64,000 nt of DNA from an uncultured Candidatus Entotheonella sp. Lineage in GTDB: Bacteria; Tectomicrobia; Entotheonellia; Entotheonellales; Entotheonellaceae. Both the position numbers and the translations under genes were made by a program. The notes beneath the pieces are model-generated. The model was not told the DNA's origin and ran no database searches. It worked only from the letters and a program-made list of their open reading frames with translations. Positions 39,214 through 50,581 of this stretch are shown one piece after another. Numbering within the stretch: the first letter of the stretch is position 1; every line of letters begins with the position of its first letter. The stretch is taken from the NCBI GenBank assembly GCA_965215335.1, contig CBDCDA010000002.1:480001-544000 (forward strand). Reading direction: 5' to 3'.

Positions 39214-39423
39214 ATGAAACCGGACATTCATCCCGGATACATTGAAACGACGATCACCTGCGCCTGCGGCAACACGTACGCGACGCGCTCCACCGTTCCC
39301 GACCTGCGTGTGGCCATCTGCTCCAAATGCCATCCGTTCTTTACCGGACGGCAGCGTTTGGTCGACACGGCCGGTCGGGTTGAGAAGTTCCAGCGCAAGT
39401 ACGGTCGGAAGCCCATCGAATAA
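39214..39423 (+). CDS. rpmE: 50S ribosomal protein L31 (zinc-binding type)
   Basis: [27 protein letters not shown]. Confidence 0.97.
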   Translation: MKPDIHPGYIETTITCACGNTYATRSTVPDLRVAICSKCHPFFTGRQRLVDTAGRVEKFQRKYGRKPIE

Positions 39424-39444
39424 GCCGGACGCAGGACGGATCGC

Positions 39445-40533
39445 ATGTTCGACAAGTTGGAGTCCATCGTCCAACGGCACAACGAACTGGACGGCTTTCT
39501 GAGTGACCCGGCGGTCCTTGCCGACCCGGAAAAACGACGCACCTACGCCAAGGAACAAGCCGAGTTGCGGCCCATCGTGGCCACCTATCAGACTTATCAG
39601 GCCGCCCGACGGGACTTGCAGGAGTATCAGGAACTGCTGGCCGGTGAGGACCCGGCGGGCGACCTCGCCGCTTCCATCCGCGACGAAATCGGCGCCTTGA
39701 AATCCCGCTTGGAAATGCTGGAAGAGGACTTGCGCCTCCTGCTGCTGCCGCGCGACCCGCACGACGACCGCGGCGTGATCATGGAAATACGGGCCGGTAC
39801 CGGCGGCGATGAAGCCGCGCTGTTCGCCGGCGACCTGTTCCGCATGTATGGCCGCTACGCCGAATCCCAGCGCTGGCGGGTCGAGGTGCTGAGCGCCAAT
39901 CCGACCGAAACCGGCGGCCTGAAGGAAGTCATCGCCTCGGTCGCCGGCCAGCAGGTGTACGGCAAGCTGAAATGGGAAAGCGGCACCCATCGCGTGCAGC
40001 GCGTGCCGACCACCGAAACGCAGGGCCGCATCCACACCTCCGCGGTTACGGTCGCCATCCTGCCCGAGGCTGAGGAGGTGGATATCGATATCGACCCGGC
40101 CAGCTTGCGCATCGACGTGTTTCGCTCGTCCGGCCCCGGCGGCCAGAGTGTCAACACCACGGACTCCGCCGTGCGGGTGACCTATGAGCCGAAAGACCGC
40201 AAGGACCTGCGTATCGTGGTGACCTGCCAAGACGAAAAATCTCAGCACAAGAACCGCGCCAAGGCGCTCAAAGTACTGCGCGCCCGCCTGCTCGACCTCC
40301 TTGAGAGCGAACACCAGGCGCAACTTTCCGAACAACGGCGCGCGCAGATCGGCAGCGGGGACCGCAGCGAACGCATCCGCACCTACAACTTTCCGCAGAG
40401 CCGCATCACCGACCATCGGATCCAGCTCACCCTCTACAGATTGGAACAGGTGATGGAAGGAAACCTCAGCGAACTGATCGAGGCCCTGTCCCTCGCCGAC
40501 CGCGCGGCAAAATTGGAAGCCGCAGCGCAGTGA
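39445..40533 (+). CDS. prfA: Peptide chain release factor 1
   Basis: GTGGDEA, PTT anticodon-mimic motif, [12 protein letters not shown]. Confidence 0.97.
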   Translation: MFDKLESIVQRHNELDGFLSDPAVLADPEKRRTYAKEQAELRPIVATYQTYQAARRDLQEYQELLAGEDPAGDLAASIRDEIGALKSRLEMLEEDLRLLLLPRDPHDDRGVIMEIRAGTGGDEAALFAGDLFRMYGRYAESQRWRVEVLSANPTETGGLKEVIASVAGQQVYGKLKWESGTHRVQRVPTTETQGRIHTSAVTVAILPEAEEVDIDIDPASLRIDVFRSSGPGGQSVNTTDSAVRVTYEPKDRKDLRIVVTCQDEKSQHKNRAKALKVLRARLLDLLESEHQAQLSEQRRAQIGSGDRSERIRTYNFPQSRITDHRIQLTLYRLEQVMEGNLSELIEALSLADRAAKLEAAAQ

Positions 40534-41408
40534 GCCGGGGACTCCACCCGATTTTGCAGAACGCTGCACGGCGCCTGGAGCGGCGGCAAGTTGACGAGCC
40601 GTTGGCCGACGCTGAAGTCCTCCTTGCCGATGTCTTGACGCTGCCGCGCCTGAATCTCTATATTGACGCCCATCGCTCCCTCAGTGACGCGCAGCATCAC
40701 GCCTATCTGGCCTATATTTGTCGCCGGATGCAGGGCGAGCCGGTGCAATACATTACGGGCAAGCAGGAGTTCCGCTCTCTCACCTTCGAGGTCAATCCTC
40801 ACGTCCTCATTCCGCGTCCGGAGAGTGAGCTGCTGGTCGAGCACGGGGCGCGCTGGGCAAGACAGTGGGCACAACAACACGGGACAGCAGAACTACGGTG
40901 TCTGGACGTGGGCACCGGCAGCGGCAACCTGGGGATCAGTCTGTTGCACGAGTTGCCGGGGTGCAGCGTATACGCGGTCGATTCCAGCTTGGCGGCCCTG
41001 AAGGTTGCAAGGCGCAACGCACGGCAACTGGGCGTCCCCGACCGGTGGGCCGGGCTATGCGGGGATCTGCTGGAGCCGCTGCTATCCGATCCACCATGCT
41101 TTGCCGTGTGTGTGGCGAACCTGCCCTACGTCACCGCCGCTGAGTGGCGGGCATTGCCGCCACACGTCAAGGACCACGAACCCGCCGCCGCGTTACTGGG
41201 CGGCGCGGACGGCCTGGACGTGATTCGCCGCCTGATTGCCACTGCACCGGCCGTGCTGGCACCGCTGGGCATGCTGCTTCTGGAAGTCGGTTGGCAGCAA
41301 GCCGAGGCCGTGGTAGCTCTCATGCGGCAGACGGCGCGGTTCGAGACCACCGGGGCTCATCAGGACTTTGCCGGGACCGACCGCGTGGTGTGGGGTCGTA
41401 TGCCGTAG
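40530..41408 (+). CDS. prmC: Release factor glutamine methyltransferase
   Basis: [27 protein letters not shown]. Confidence 0.93.
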   Translation: MSRGLHPILQNAARRLERRQVDEPLADAEVLLADVLTLPRLNLYIDAHRSLSDAQHHAYLAYICRRMQGEPVQYITGKQEFRSLTFEVNPHVLIPRPESELLVEHGARWARQWAQQHGTAELRCLDVGTGSGNLGISLLHELPGCSVYAVDSSLAALKVARRNARQLGVPDRWAGLCGDLLEPLLSDPPCFAVCVANLPYVTAAEWRALPPHVKDHEPAAALLGGADGLDVIRRLIATAPAVLAPLGMLLLEVGWQQAEAVVALMRQTARFETTGAHQDFAGTDRVVWGRMP

Positions 41409-41499
41409 CCATTGGATCGTCAGTCGCAGGATCTCGTCACGCCGTACAAGCTTGAATTTTTCGTCCATGACATGTGCGTGCTAACAAGGAGTCGTTCGT

Positions 41500-42087
41500 A
41501 TGGAACGCCAAAGCACCATCCATCGCCGAACCGCCGAAACCGATATTCAGGTTTCGCTCGACCTCGACGGCAGCGGGGTCTATGCCGTGCAAACCGGCAT
41601 CCCCTTCCTCGACCACATGCTGAGCATGGTGGCCCGACACGGCTTTTTCGATCTGGAAATCTCCGCCTCCGGCGACCTCGCCGTCGATTACCACCACACG
41701 GTCGAAGACGTGGGCATCTGCCTCGGTCAGGCCTTCCACCAAGCCATGGGAAGCAAGCAGGGTCTGCGACGCTACGCCTCGGCGAGCGTACCGCTGGAAG
41801 AAACCCTGGCGAGCGTCGTGGTCGACTTCTGCGACCGGCCTTACCTGGTCTACAACGTCGACGCCCCGCCGGGACGCATCGGCACCTTCGACGTGGAGCT
41901 GGTCGAAACGTTCTTCCTGGGATTCGCCAGCCACAGCCGCGCCACGCTGCACTGCAACCTGCACTACGGCCGCAATCGCCACCACGTCGCCGAAGCCGTG
42001 TTCAAAGCCTTCAGCCGCGCAGCCGACGAGGCGACGATCTTGGACACCCGCCTCGCCGGGCTGTTGACCACCAAGGACGCTTTCTGA
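41500..42087 (+). CDS. hisB: Imidazoleglycerol-phosphate dehydratase
   Basis: FLDHML, DYHHTVEDVGI, NRHHVAEAVFKA. Confidence 0.96.
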   Translation: MERQSTIHRRTAETDIQVSLDLDGSGVYAVQTGIPFLDHMLSMVARHGFFDLEISASGDLAVDYHHTVEDVGICLGQAFHQAMGSKQGLRRYASASVPLEETLASVVVDFCDRPYLVYNVDAPPGRIGTFDVELVETFFLGFASHSRATLHCNLHYGRNRHHVAEAVFKAFSRAADEATILDTRLAGLLTTKDAF

Positions 42088-42099
42088 CGGGAATCGCAC

Positions 42100-42789
42100 A
42101 TGCTGGCCATCGTGGACTACGGCAGGGGCAACCTGAGAAGCGTGCAAAACGGCTTCCGCCAAATCGGCGTCACCGCCCAGGTAAGCGGTGACCCGGAGAC
42201 GATTGCGAAGGCGGAAGGCGTCGTCTTTCCCGGCGTTGGCGCCTTTCGCGACTGTATGCAGAACCTCGCCACTCGCGGCCTGGACGAAGCGCTGCGTGAA
42301 GTCATCCGGGGCGGCAAGCCGGTGCTGGCGATCTGCGTGGGCATGCAGACCCTGTTGTCCGAGAGCGAAGAGTTCGGCACCACACCGGGCCTGGACATCG
42401 TGGCGGGCCAGGTGCGCCGCTTTCCACAGCCGGCACCCAACAGTTCGCCATGCGACAGCACCTCGCAGCGTCAACCGCCGTGGCTGGTGCCCACCTCGCC
42501 AGGCGCCGCGCGCCAGCGCCTCAAAGTGCCGCACATGGGCTGGAACCAACTGCGCCTGCACCGCCCCTGCCCGCTCCTGGACGGTGTTCCCGAACATGTC
42601 TACACCTACTTCGTGCACTCCTACTACGCCATCCCGGCCGAGCCCGCGGTGGTGGTCGCCTCCACGGCTTACGGGGTCGAATTTGCCTCGGTGCTGTGGC
42701 GTGATAATCTGTACGCTACCCAGTTTCACCCCGAAAAGAGCCAGACGTGGGGCCTGCGCATCCTGCGCAACTTTGCCCATCTGCTATAG
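42100..42789 (+). CDS. hisH: Imidazole glycerol phosphate synthase glutaminase subunit
   Basis: DYGRGN, PGVG, ICVGMQ, VPHMGWN, YFVHSY, QFHPEKS. Confidence 0.95.
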   Translation: MLAIVDYGRGNLRSVQNGFRQIGVTAQVSGDPETIAKAEGVVFPGVGAFRDCMQNLATRGLDEALREVIRGGKPVLAICVGMQTLLSESEEFGTTPGLDIVAGQVRRFPQPAPNSSPCDSTSQRQPPWLVPTSPGAARQRLKVPHMGWNQLRLHRPCPLLDGVPEHVYTYFVHSYYAIPAEPAVVVASTAYGVEFASVLWRDNLYATQFHPEKSQTWGLRILRNFAHLL

Positions 42790-42803
42790 GAACGCGACCG
42801 CCG

Positions 42804-43597
<794 letters not shown>

Positions 43598-43601
<4 letters not shown>

Positions 43602-44710
43602 CCGGAAACCCACATCACCTCAAACACCTCGCACTGGCCGTAGCGATCAGTCTTTTGGCCCTGCTGGCCGGGGCGCATGCACAGGACGCCTCGGACCACG
43701 TGCCCAGCCTGCCGGACACGCCCGACAACTATGCTGACGTGCCCTTGCCCCGGCACCTGGCCGTCATTCAGACCAATATCCCCAAGGACAACCCGATCAC
43801 CGACCACGGCGCCACCCTCGGGCGCGTGCTGTTTTACGACAAGCGCCTGTCGGCCAACAACACCACGGCCTGCGCCGCGTGTCATCTGCAAGAATACGCC
43901 TTTTCCGACCCCGAGCAGTTCAGCACCGGATTTGCCGGCATCAAGACGCCGCGAAACGCCATGGGGCTGGCCAACGGGCGCTTCTTTCAGGCCGATCATT
44001 TCTTCTGGGACGCACGCGTCAGCACCCTGGAAGAACTCATCCTGCTGCCGATCCAGAGTCCCATCGAGATGGGCAGCACGCTTGAGGAAGCCGTGGCCAA
44101 AGTGGCCGCCGCACCTTTTTATCCGCCGCTGTTCGGCAAGGCGTTCGGCACCCCCGAGGTCACCCCGGAACGCATCGCCAAGGCGGTGGCGCAATTCCTA
44201 CGCGCCATGGTGTCCTATCAGTCCAGGTACGATGAGGGCATCCGCACCGACTTTCGCAATTTCACCCCGCAGGAGTATTTCGGCCTGCAACTGTTCGAGA
44301 AGCAGGCGTTTCGCTGTGTACGCTGTCACATGACGGATACGCAAATCCTGAATTTCCCGCGCAACAACGGGCTCGACGTGGTGTATGCCGACAAGGGCGT
44401 CGGGTCGATTACCGGCGACGGCTTCGACCACGGCCGCTTCAAGCCGCCGTCCCTGCGCAACGTGGCGCTCACCGGACCGTACATGCACGACGGTCGGTTT
44501 GCCACCTTGCAGGACGTGCTGACGCATTACAGCTCCGGCATCCAGTCGCACGAGAACCTCGACCCCTTCCTGCCGGAAAAGGGCGTGAACCTGACCGCCA
44601 GGCAACGCGACGCCATCGAGGCTTTCCTGCACACCCTGACCGACCAGGCGTTTATCAACGACCCGAAATTTTCAGACCCGTTCGCCAAGCCGCGAAAGAA
44701 ACACCGCTAA
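43598..44710 (+). CDS. Di-heme cytochrome c peroxidase/MauG superfamily protein
   Basis: Signal peptide; [45 protein letters not shown]. Confidence 0.9.
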
Positions 44711-44751
44711 CCGGCGACGGCCCCGTTGTTCTCGTAAGGAGAATTACCGCT

Positions 44752-45246
44752 ATGGCAAGGTCGCATCTTGTCGTCGAAGCCATGCAGGCGTGCGGCGTCA
44801 CGCACGTCGTTTGGCTGCCGGACAGCGAATCGCACTACATGTACGACGCCCTGAACGCCTCGCCGTTGCGTCTGGTGCCCGTTTGCCGCGAGGGCGAGGC
44901 GTTCGGCATCGCCGCCGGGCTGCACCTGGGCGGCAAGACGCCGGTGGTGCTCATCCAGAATACCGGCCTGTTCGAGTCTGGCGACGTGCTGCGCGGCAAC
45001 ATTCTCAACCTGAAGGTGCCGCTGCTGCTGATGGTGGGATACCGGGGCTACTACGAAATGGTCAACGGCCAGGGGCCGGTCGATTCCGCCGCCACCTTCA
45101 CCGAACCGATACTCGACGCTTGGGGCATCGTCCACTACCTGCTCGACACCGACGACGACGTGCCGAAGATCGCCAGCGCCTTCAAGGAAAGCCGTGCAAC
45201 GAGCCGCCCGGTGGCGATTCTCATTGGCCGAGAATACGATGCGTGA
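44752..45246 (+). CDS. TPP-dependent decarboxylase alpha subunit (sulfopyruvate/phosphonopyruvate decarboxylase-like)
   Basis: WLPDS, CREGEAFGIAAG, IQNTG, GYRG. Confidence 0.8.
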   Translation: MARSHLVVEAMQACGVTHVVWLPDSESHYMYDALNASPLRLVPVCREGEAFGIAAGLHLGGKTPVVLIQNTGLFESGDVLRGNILNLKVPLLLMVGYRGYYEMVNGQGPVDSAATFTEPILDAWGIVHYLLDTDDDVPKIASAFKESRATSRPVAILIGREYDA

Positions 45247-45273
45247 CGCGCCTGCCAAGGAAGGACCGCTTCG

Positions 45274-45843
45274 ATGATACGTTCTCAAACCCTGAAACAC
45301 CTGGCCGCCCTGCGCACCGATGAAATCGTCCTCACCGCCATGATGGCGGTCCGGCAATGGGCGGCGTTTTCCGACCATCAGCTCGATTTCAGCACCATCG
45401 GCACCGGCATGGGGCACGCCTCCGACATCGGCCTCGGCCTGGCACTGGCGCAGCCCGACCGCCGGGTCATCGTCCTCAACGGCGACGGCAGCATGCTGAT
45501 GAACCTCGGCCAGCTGGTCACCATCGCGCAGCAGGCGCCGCCGAACCTTATCCTGATGGTGTTGCATAACGGCACCTACGAGGTCACCGGCGGGCAACCC
45601 ATCCCCGGACCGACCAGCCTCGACTTCGCCGGCATGGCGCGCGCCGCCGGCATCGCCAGGTCGTATGACTTCGACGAACTCGACGCCTACGTTGCCGCCC
45701 TGCCCGGCATTCTGTGCAGCCAAGGTCCCGTCTTCGTCAACCTGCGGGTGGTGGCGGACGAGACCCCGCTGCCGCCACCGTCCCGCCACCCGCTGCCGCA
45801 GCGCGCCGCGCAACTGATGCAGGCCCTGGGAACAACCCTCTAA
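45274..45843 (+). CDS. TPP-dependent decarboxylase beta subunit (ComE-like)
   Basis: GMGHAS, GDGSMLMNLG...NG, TGGQ. Confidence 0.8.
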   Translation: MIRSQTLKHLAALRTDEIVLTAMMAVRQWAAFSDHQLDFSTIGTGMGHASDIGLGLALAQPDRRVIVLNGDGSMLMNLGQLVTIAQQAPPNLILMVLHNGTYEVTGGQPIPGPTSLDFAGMARAAGIARSYDFDELDAYVAALPGILCSQGPVFVNLRVVADETPLPPPSRHPLPQRAAQLMQALGTTL

Positions 45844-45897
45844 TGCTGGCAATCTTGGTGCCTCCCCGCCCCACGGCTCCAAATGGAAATGAAGAAG

Positions 45898-48420
45898 ATG
45901 GCCGGATCACTTGACAACGTGCGTGTCCTGGAACTCACCCGCGGCGTCGCGGGACCCTACGCCGCCAAGCTGCTGGCCGACCAGGGCGCCGACGTCGTCA
46001 AGCTGGAGCCACCGGGCGGTGACGACAGCCGGACGTTCGGCCCATTCCCCAATGACGAGCCGCACCCGGAGCGCTCCGGGCTGTTCCTGCACCTGAATCG
46101 CAACAAGAAGTCCATCGTCGTCGATCCAACCAGTCCGGATGGCGCCGAGATCATTCAACGGCTCGCCGCGCGAGCGCATATCGTGCTGGAGGATTATCCC
46201 GCCGGTTCGGCCCACGCCTGGGGCTGGGGCTGGCCAACCCTGCGAGCAGCCAATCCGGCTCTGGTGCTGACGTCCATCACCCCGTTCGGACAAAACGGGC
46301 CGTACCGTGACTACCGCGGCTCCGAACTGACCCTGCAAGCCATGGGCGGCCCTCTGATTACCAACGGCCACGAGGACCGAGAGCCGCTCAAGCTGGCCGG
46401 CCATTACGCCCACTACCACGCCGCGATGGTGGCCGCGGTCGCCACCCTGATGGCGCTGCGCCGCGCCGAGGCAAGCGGCGCGGGCGACTGGATCGATGTG
46501 TCGGTGTACGAGTGTCAAGCCGGCTGCCGCGACCGCCAGTCCACCAACCTGACCATCGCGGCGTATACGGGCATGTCCGTAGGCCGAGGCCCATCCGGCT
46601 GGCGCATGGGCGCCGGCGTGCGCCCTTGCCGCGACGGCTACGTGAACATCATGGGCGCCGCCAATCGACTGCCGCGCCTGTTGCGGCTCATCGGGCGCGA
46701 AGATCTCCTCGACCACCCGCAAACCGGCGCGCCCATGGGCACCGAGCCGCAGTCGCTCATCGACGCCGTCGAAAGCGCCTATGCCACCTGGCTGGCGCCG
46801 CTGGGCAAACAAGAGGCGGTCGCCGCGGCGCAGGCTGCGGGACTGCTGGCAGGACCCGTGAACACGGTGGCGGACCTGCTGCAAAACCCCCATTTCCAAG
46901 CGCGCGGCGTCTGGGACACTGTCGATCATCCCGCAACCGGACCGCTGCAATATCCCGGCCGGCCGTTCGTCCTCACCCGTTCGTCGCACCGCCAGCAACA
47001 GCGCGCCCCGCTGCTCGACGAACACGCTGGCGAGCGCGACACGGCCTGGTCCAAGCCAATCCCCGACCCGCCGGCAAAACCCCAGGACGCGCCGCTCGCT
47101 TTACCGCTCGAAGGGCTGCGGGTAGCGGAAATCACCGTCGTGTGGGCCGGACCGCACGTCACCCAGCTCCTGGGCGAATGGGGCGCCGACATCGTGCGTA
47201 TCGAGCCGCTGAACAAGCCGCAACCCTACACGCGCGGCATGGAGAGTGTGCCGACCCGCGAACAGACGCGCCGGCTCATCGCCCACGGCGTGCCCTCGCG
47301 CCTGGCCGACAGCGATCCGCAGCGCGACCCCTGGAACCGCAACGCCTCTTTCAACTCGCACGCCCGCAACAAACGCTCCGTAACCTGCGACATCATGACC
47401 CCCGAAGGGCACGAAACCCTGCTTCGCCTCGTCAAGCACTGCGACGTACTGGTGGAGAACAACGCGCCACAGACCATGGACAAGGCCGGCATTGACTGGG
47501 AAACCCTGCACTGCGTCAACCCCCGCCTCATCATGCTGCGCATGCCGGCGTTCGCGCTCAACGGTCCGTACCGAAATTACCGCGCCTTCGGCCTGCACGT
47601 GGAGGCCATGATCGGCCACACCCATCTACGCGGCTATCCCGGCCAAAGCCCTGAACTGCTGAGCGAATCGCTGGCCAGCGACGGCCTTGCTGGCGTGCAG
47701 GGCGCCCTCACGATACTGATGGCGCTGCGCCATCGCGACCGCACCGGCAAGGGTCAACTCATCGAAATGCCCCTGCCGGAGGGTTTCCTGCCGACCCTCG
47801 GCGAATTCATCATGGACTACACCATGAACGGCCGCGACACGCCGTCGCAGGGCAATCGACATCGCTGGCACGCCCCGCACAACGTATATCCGTGCCGAGG
47901 CGACGACAACTGGATCGCCGTCGACGTGGGCACGGATGGTGAATTCGCCGCCCTGTGCGGGGTTCTGAAGGCGCCACACCTGATCGACGAGCCGCGCTTT
48001 CGCACCGCTGCGGCGCGGTTGCAGAACGTCGAAGCGCTTGACAAGGCCCTGGCCACACTGACCCCGGCGCACGACAAGGAGGACCTCTTTCACGCCCTGC
48101 AAGCCGCCGGCGTGTGCGCCGCACCGGTACGGCGCGCCCTCGAAGTTCTGCACGACCCCCAACTCGTGGCGCGCGGCTTTTTCGAGGAATTGCCGACCGG
48201 CGATGAGCAGCGCCCGTATCTCTACCCCGGCCTGATCTTCCGCATGGCGCACACGCCGAACGCCATGCGCACCGGCCCCGTCCGGCTGGGCGAGCACAAC
48301 CGGGAAATCTACTGCGACCTGCTCGGCTATTCGCCCGCCGAACTCGCCGCCCTGGAGCAACAAGGCCACGTCGGCACCGCCCACCCGCCGCACGTCTGGC
48401 GCCCCGAGCCGGACGCATGA
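45898..48420 (+). CDS. Fused tandem family III (CaiB/BaiF) CoA-transferase
   Basis: Two repeats: AGPYAAKLLADQGADVVKLEP...NRNKKS and AGPHVTQLLGEWGADIVRIEP...RNKRS. Confidence 0.9.
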   Translation: MAGSLDNVRVLELTRGVAGPYAAKLLADQGADVVKLEPPGGDDSRTFGPFPNDEPHPERSGLFLHLNRNKKSIVVDPTSPDGAEIIQRLAARAHIVLEDYPAGSAHAWGWGWPTLRAANPALVLTSITPFGQNGPYRDYRGSELTLQAMGGPLITNGHEDREPLKLAGHYAHYHAAMVAAVATLMALRRAEASGAGDWIDVSVYECQAGCRDRQSTNLTIAAYTGMSVGRGPSGWRMGAGVRPCRDGYVNIMGAANRLPRLLRLIGREDLLDHPQTGAPMGTEPQSLIDAVESAYATWLAPLGKQEAVAAAQAAGLLAGPVNTVADLLQNPHFQARGVWDTVDHPATGPLQYPGRPFVLTRSSHRQQQRAPLLDEHAGERDTAWSKPIPDPPAKPQDAPLALPLEGLRVAEITVVWAGPHVTQLLGEWGADIVRIEPLNKPQPYTRGMESVPTREQTRRLIAHGVPSRLADSDPQRDPWNRNASFNSHARNKRSVTCDIMTPEGHETLLRLVKHCDVLVENNAPQTMDKAGIDWETLHCVNPRLIMLRMPAFALNGPYRNYRAFGLHVEAMIGHTHLRGYPGQSPELLSESLASDGLAGVQGALTILMALRHRDRTGKGQLIEMPLPEGFLPTLGEFIMDYTMNGRDTPSQGNRHRWHAPHNVYPCRGDDNWIAVDVGTDGEFAALCGVLKAPHLIDEPRFRTAAARLQNVEALDKALATLTPAHDKEDLFHALQAAGVCAAPVRRALEVLHDPQLVARGFFEELPTGDEQRPYLYPGLIFRMAHTPNAMRTGPVRLGEHNREIYCDLLGYSPAELAALEQQGHVGTAHPPHVWRPEPDA

Positions 48421-48426
48421 GGTAGC

Positions 48427-49416
48427 ATGGACCCACTCTCCCAAGGCGTCCTGGGGGTTGCCGCCGCGCAGGCCGCAAGCCGCGAACCCCAGGCGCGCCG
48501 CGCCGCCTTCATCGGCCTGGTGGCCGGATTGGCGCCGGACGCCGACGTGTTCATCACCTCCGCCACCGACCCGCTGCTGTCGCTGCAATTCCATCGCCAG
48601 TTCACCCACGCGCTGGCGTTCATTCCGATCGGCGCCCTGCTCGCAGCCCTGGTCCTGCACCCCCTTGTGGGCCGCAACGCCTTGCGCTTCAGGACCACTT
48701 ACCTGTTCTGCCTCGTCGGCTACGCCACGCACGGCCTGCTGGACGCCTGCACCTCCTACGGCACGCAGCTCCTGTGGCCATTCTCGGACCTGCGCGTTGC
48801 CTGGAACAATATCTCGATTATCGATCCCCTGTTCACCCTTCCGATCCTCCTGCTGATGATGCTCGGCGTCTGGCGCAGGTCTCCCGTGCTGGCTCGCTGC
48901 GCGCTCCTCTGGGCCGTGGCTTATTTGTCCCTCGGCATCGTACAGCGAGACCGCGCCGCCGCCATCGGCCATGACGTGGCCGCCACACGGGGGCACGTCG
49001 CCGAACGACTTTCGGCCAAGCCGACCTTCGCCAACCTGCTGGTGTGGAAGATCATCTACGAATCGGAAGGCATGTTCTATGTCGATGCCGTGCGAGTGGG
49101 TCTCGACAGCCGCCATTACCCCGGCACCGCCATTGCCAAGCTGGACACCACCCGCGACCTGCCCTGGCTGCAGCCCGACAGCCAACAGGCACGCGACGTC
49201 GAGCGCTTTCGCTGGTTCTCCGGCGACTACCTGGCCCTGGCCGGCGACAACACGATCACCGATATCCGCTACTCTCTGGTGCCCAACGAAATCGACGGTT
49301 TGTGGGGCATCACCCTCAGCCCTCGTGCCGCGCCACACGAACACGTGCGCTACGCCAGCCGCACCCTCACCGCCGCCAGATGGCAGGCATTTCGTGACAT
49401 GCTGCTGGGCGATTGA
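48427..49416 (+). CDS. YdjM-family membrane metal-dependent hydrolase
   Basis: MDPLSQ, APDAD, FHRQFTH, THGLLDACTSYGT, IIDPLFT. Confidence 0.87.
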   Translation: MDPLSQGVLGVAAAQAASREPQARRAAFIGLVAGLAPDADVFITSATDPLLSLQFHRQFTHALAFIPIGALLAALVLHPLVGRNALRFRTTYLFCLVGYATHGLLDACTSYGTQLLWPFSDLRVAWNNISIIDPLFTLPILLLMMLGVWRRSPVLARCALLWAVAYLSLGIVQRDRAAAIGHDVAATRGHVAERLSAKPTFANLLVWKIIYESEGMFYVDAVRVGLDSRHYPGTAIAKLDTTRDLPWLQPDSQQARDVERFRWFSGDYLALAGDNTITDIRYSLVPNEIDGLWGITLSPRAAPHEHVRYASRTLTAARWQAFRDMLLGD

Positions 49417-49699
49417 ATGGTCGGCCCATGATGCGGCAAGGTGACGGGGAAAGGCGTCACCTATGACTGGGTCCGCACAGAAGCTGTAACTGAAAGGGAG
49501 AGATGGAGCAAGTAGCCACTCGGAAAGAGTGCGTAGACCTTCTCGACATGATCGAGAAGGCACGACAGGCGGCCCAGGACGAACGAAGAGCCAGGGGTGA
49601 ACGAGTCAACCCGAAAGAGACTTGGCGGCTCTTCCAGAGCCGTCTTTTTGCAGCCCCACTGCTTGACCGCACGAAACCCGCTCAGGAGGCATCCCCATT

Positions 49700-50569
49700 A
49701 TGCAACAGCGTCAGCTCGGCGATATCCGCATCACTCGTATCGTGGAATCCATCGGCACCGATTTCCAACCCCTGACGTTTTTCCCGGAAACCGGACCCGA
49801 GGACTGGGAACCGCACCGCACCTGGATGCCGCCGCGGGCCATGGATACGGCCTCCGGCAATCTGGTGCTGGTGTTCCAGGCATTCCTGCTCCAGACCTCG
49901 CACCACACCATCATCGTGGACACCTGCGTGGGCGACGACAAGCCGCGCGAGGCGCGCCCGGGCTGGCACCTGCAGCAGCTCGGAACCTTCCTGCCGCTGC
50001 TCGCCAAGGCCGGGGTGACGCCCGAGGACGTCGATTACGTGCTGTGCACCCACATGCACTCGGATCATGTCGGCTGGAACACGCAGCTACGAGACGGCCG
50101 CTGGGTGCCCACCTTCCCCAAGGCGCAGTACGTCTTTGCGCGCGGCGAACTGGAGGGCTGGGAAAAGCTGCACCGCGAAACCCCGCAGCCGCATCTGATC
50201 GACAGCGTGTACCCGATTCTGGAGGCGGGACAGGCGAAGCTGGTCGAACCCGACTTCGCGCTGGACGATGAGGTGTGGTTGGAATCGACGCCCGGCCACA
50301 CGCCGGATCACGTGAGCGTGCGGCTGGCGTCGCAAGGAGCGCCGGCAATCATTACCGGCGATCTCATCCATAACCCGGTTCAATGCCTCGAACCGGCGTG
50401 GATCATGCGCGCCGATTTCGAGCCGGAACGTGCCAAGGCGACGCGGCAGACGTTTCTGGACGCGCACTGCGAGGCCGACGTGCTGGTCTGCGCCACGCAC
50501 TTTCCGGAGCCGTCGTTCGGGCGCATCGTGCGGCGCGACAACGCCTTCTGGTTTGCGTACGAGGAATAA
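49700..50569 (+). CDS. Metallo-beta-lactamase-fold hydrolase
   Basis: THMHSDHVGWN, PGHTPDH, GDLIH, THF. Confidence 0.92.
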   Translation: MQQRQLGDIRITRIVESIGTDFQPLTFFPETGPEDWEPHRTWMPPRAMDTASGNLVLVFQAFLLQTSHHTIIVDTCVGDDKPREARPGWHLQQLGTFLPLLAKAGVTPEDVDYVLCTHMHSDHVGWNTQLRDGRWVPTFPKAQYVFARGELEGWEKLHRETPQPHLIDSVYPILEAGQAKLVEPDFALDDEVWLESTPGHTPDHVSVRLASQGAPAIITGDLIHNPVQCLEPAWIMRADFEPERAKATRQTFLDAHCEADVLVCATHFPEPSFGRIVRRDNAFWFAYEE

Positions 50570-50581
50570 AGGGCCAGCGGC

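Noticed and set aside
44752..45843. Coenzyme M or phosphonate biosynthetic cluster
   Set aside because: No phosphosulfolactate synthase or PEP mutase genes nearby.
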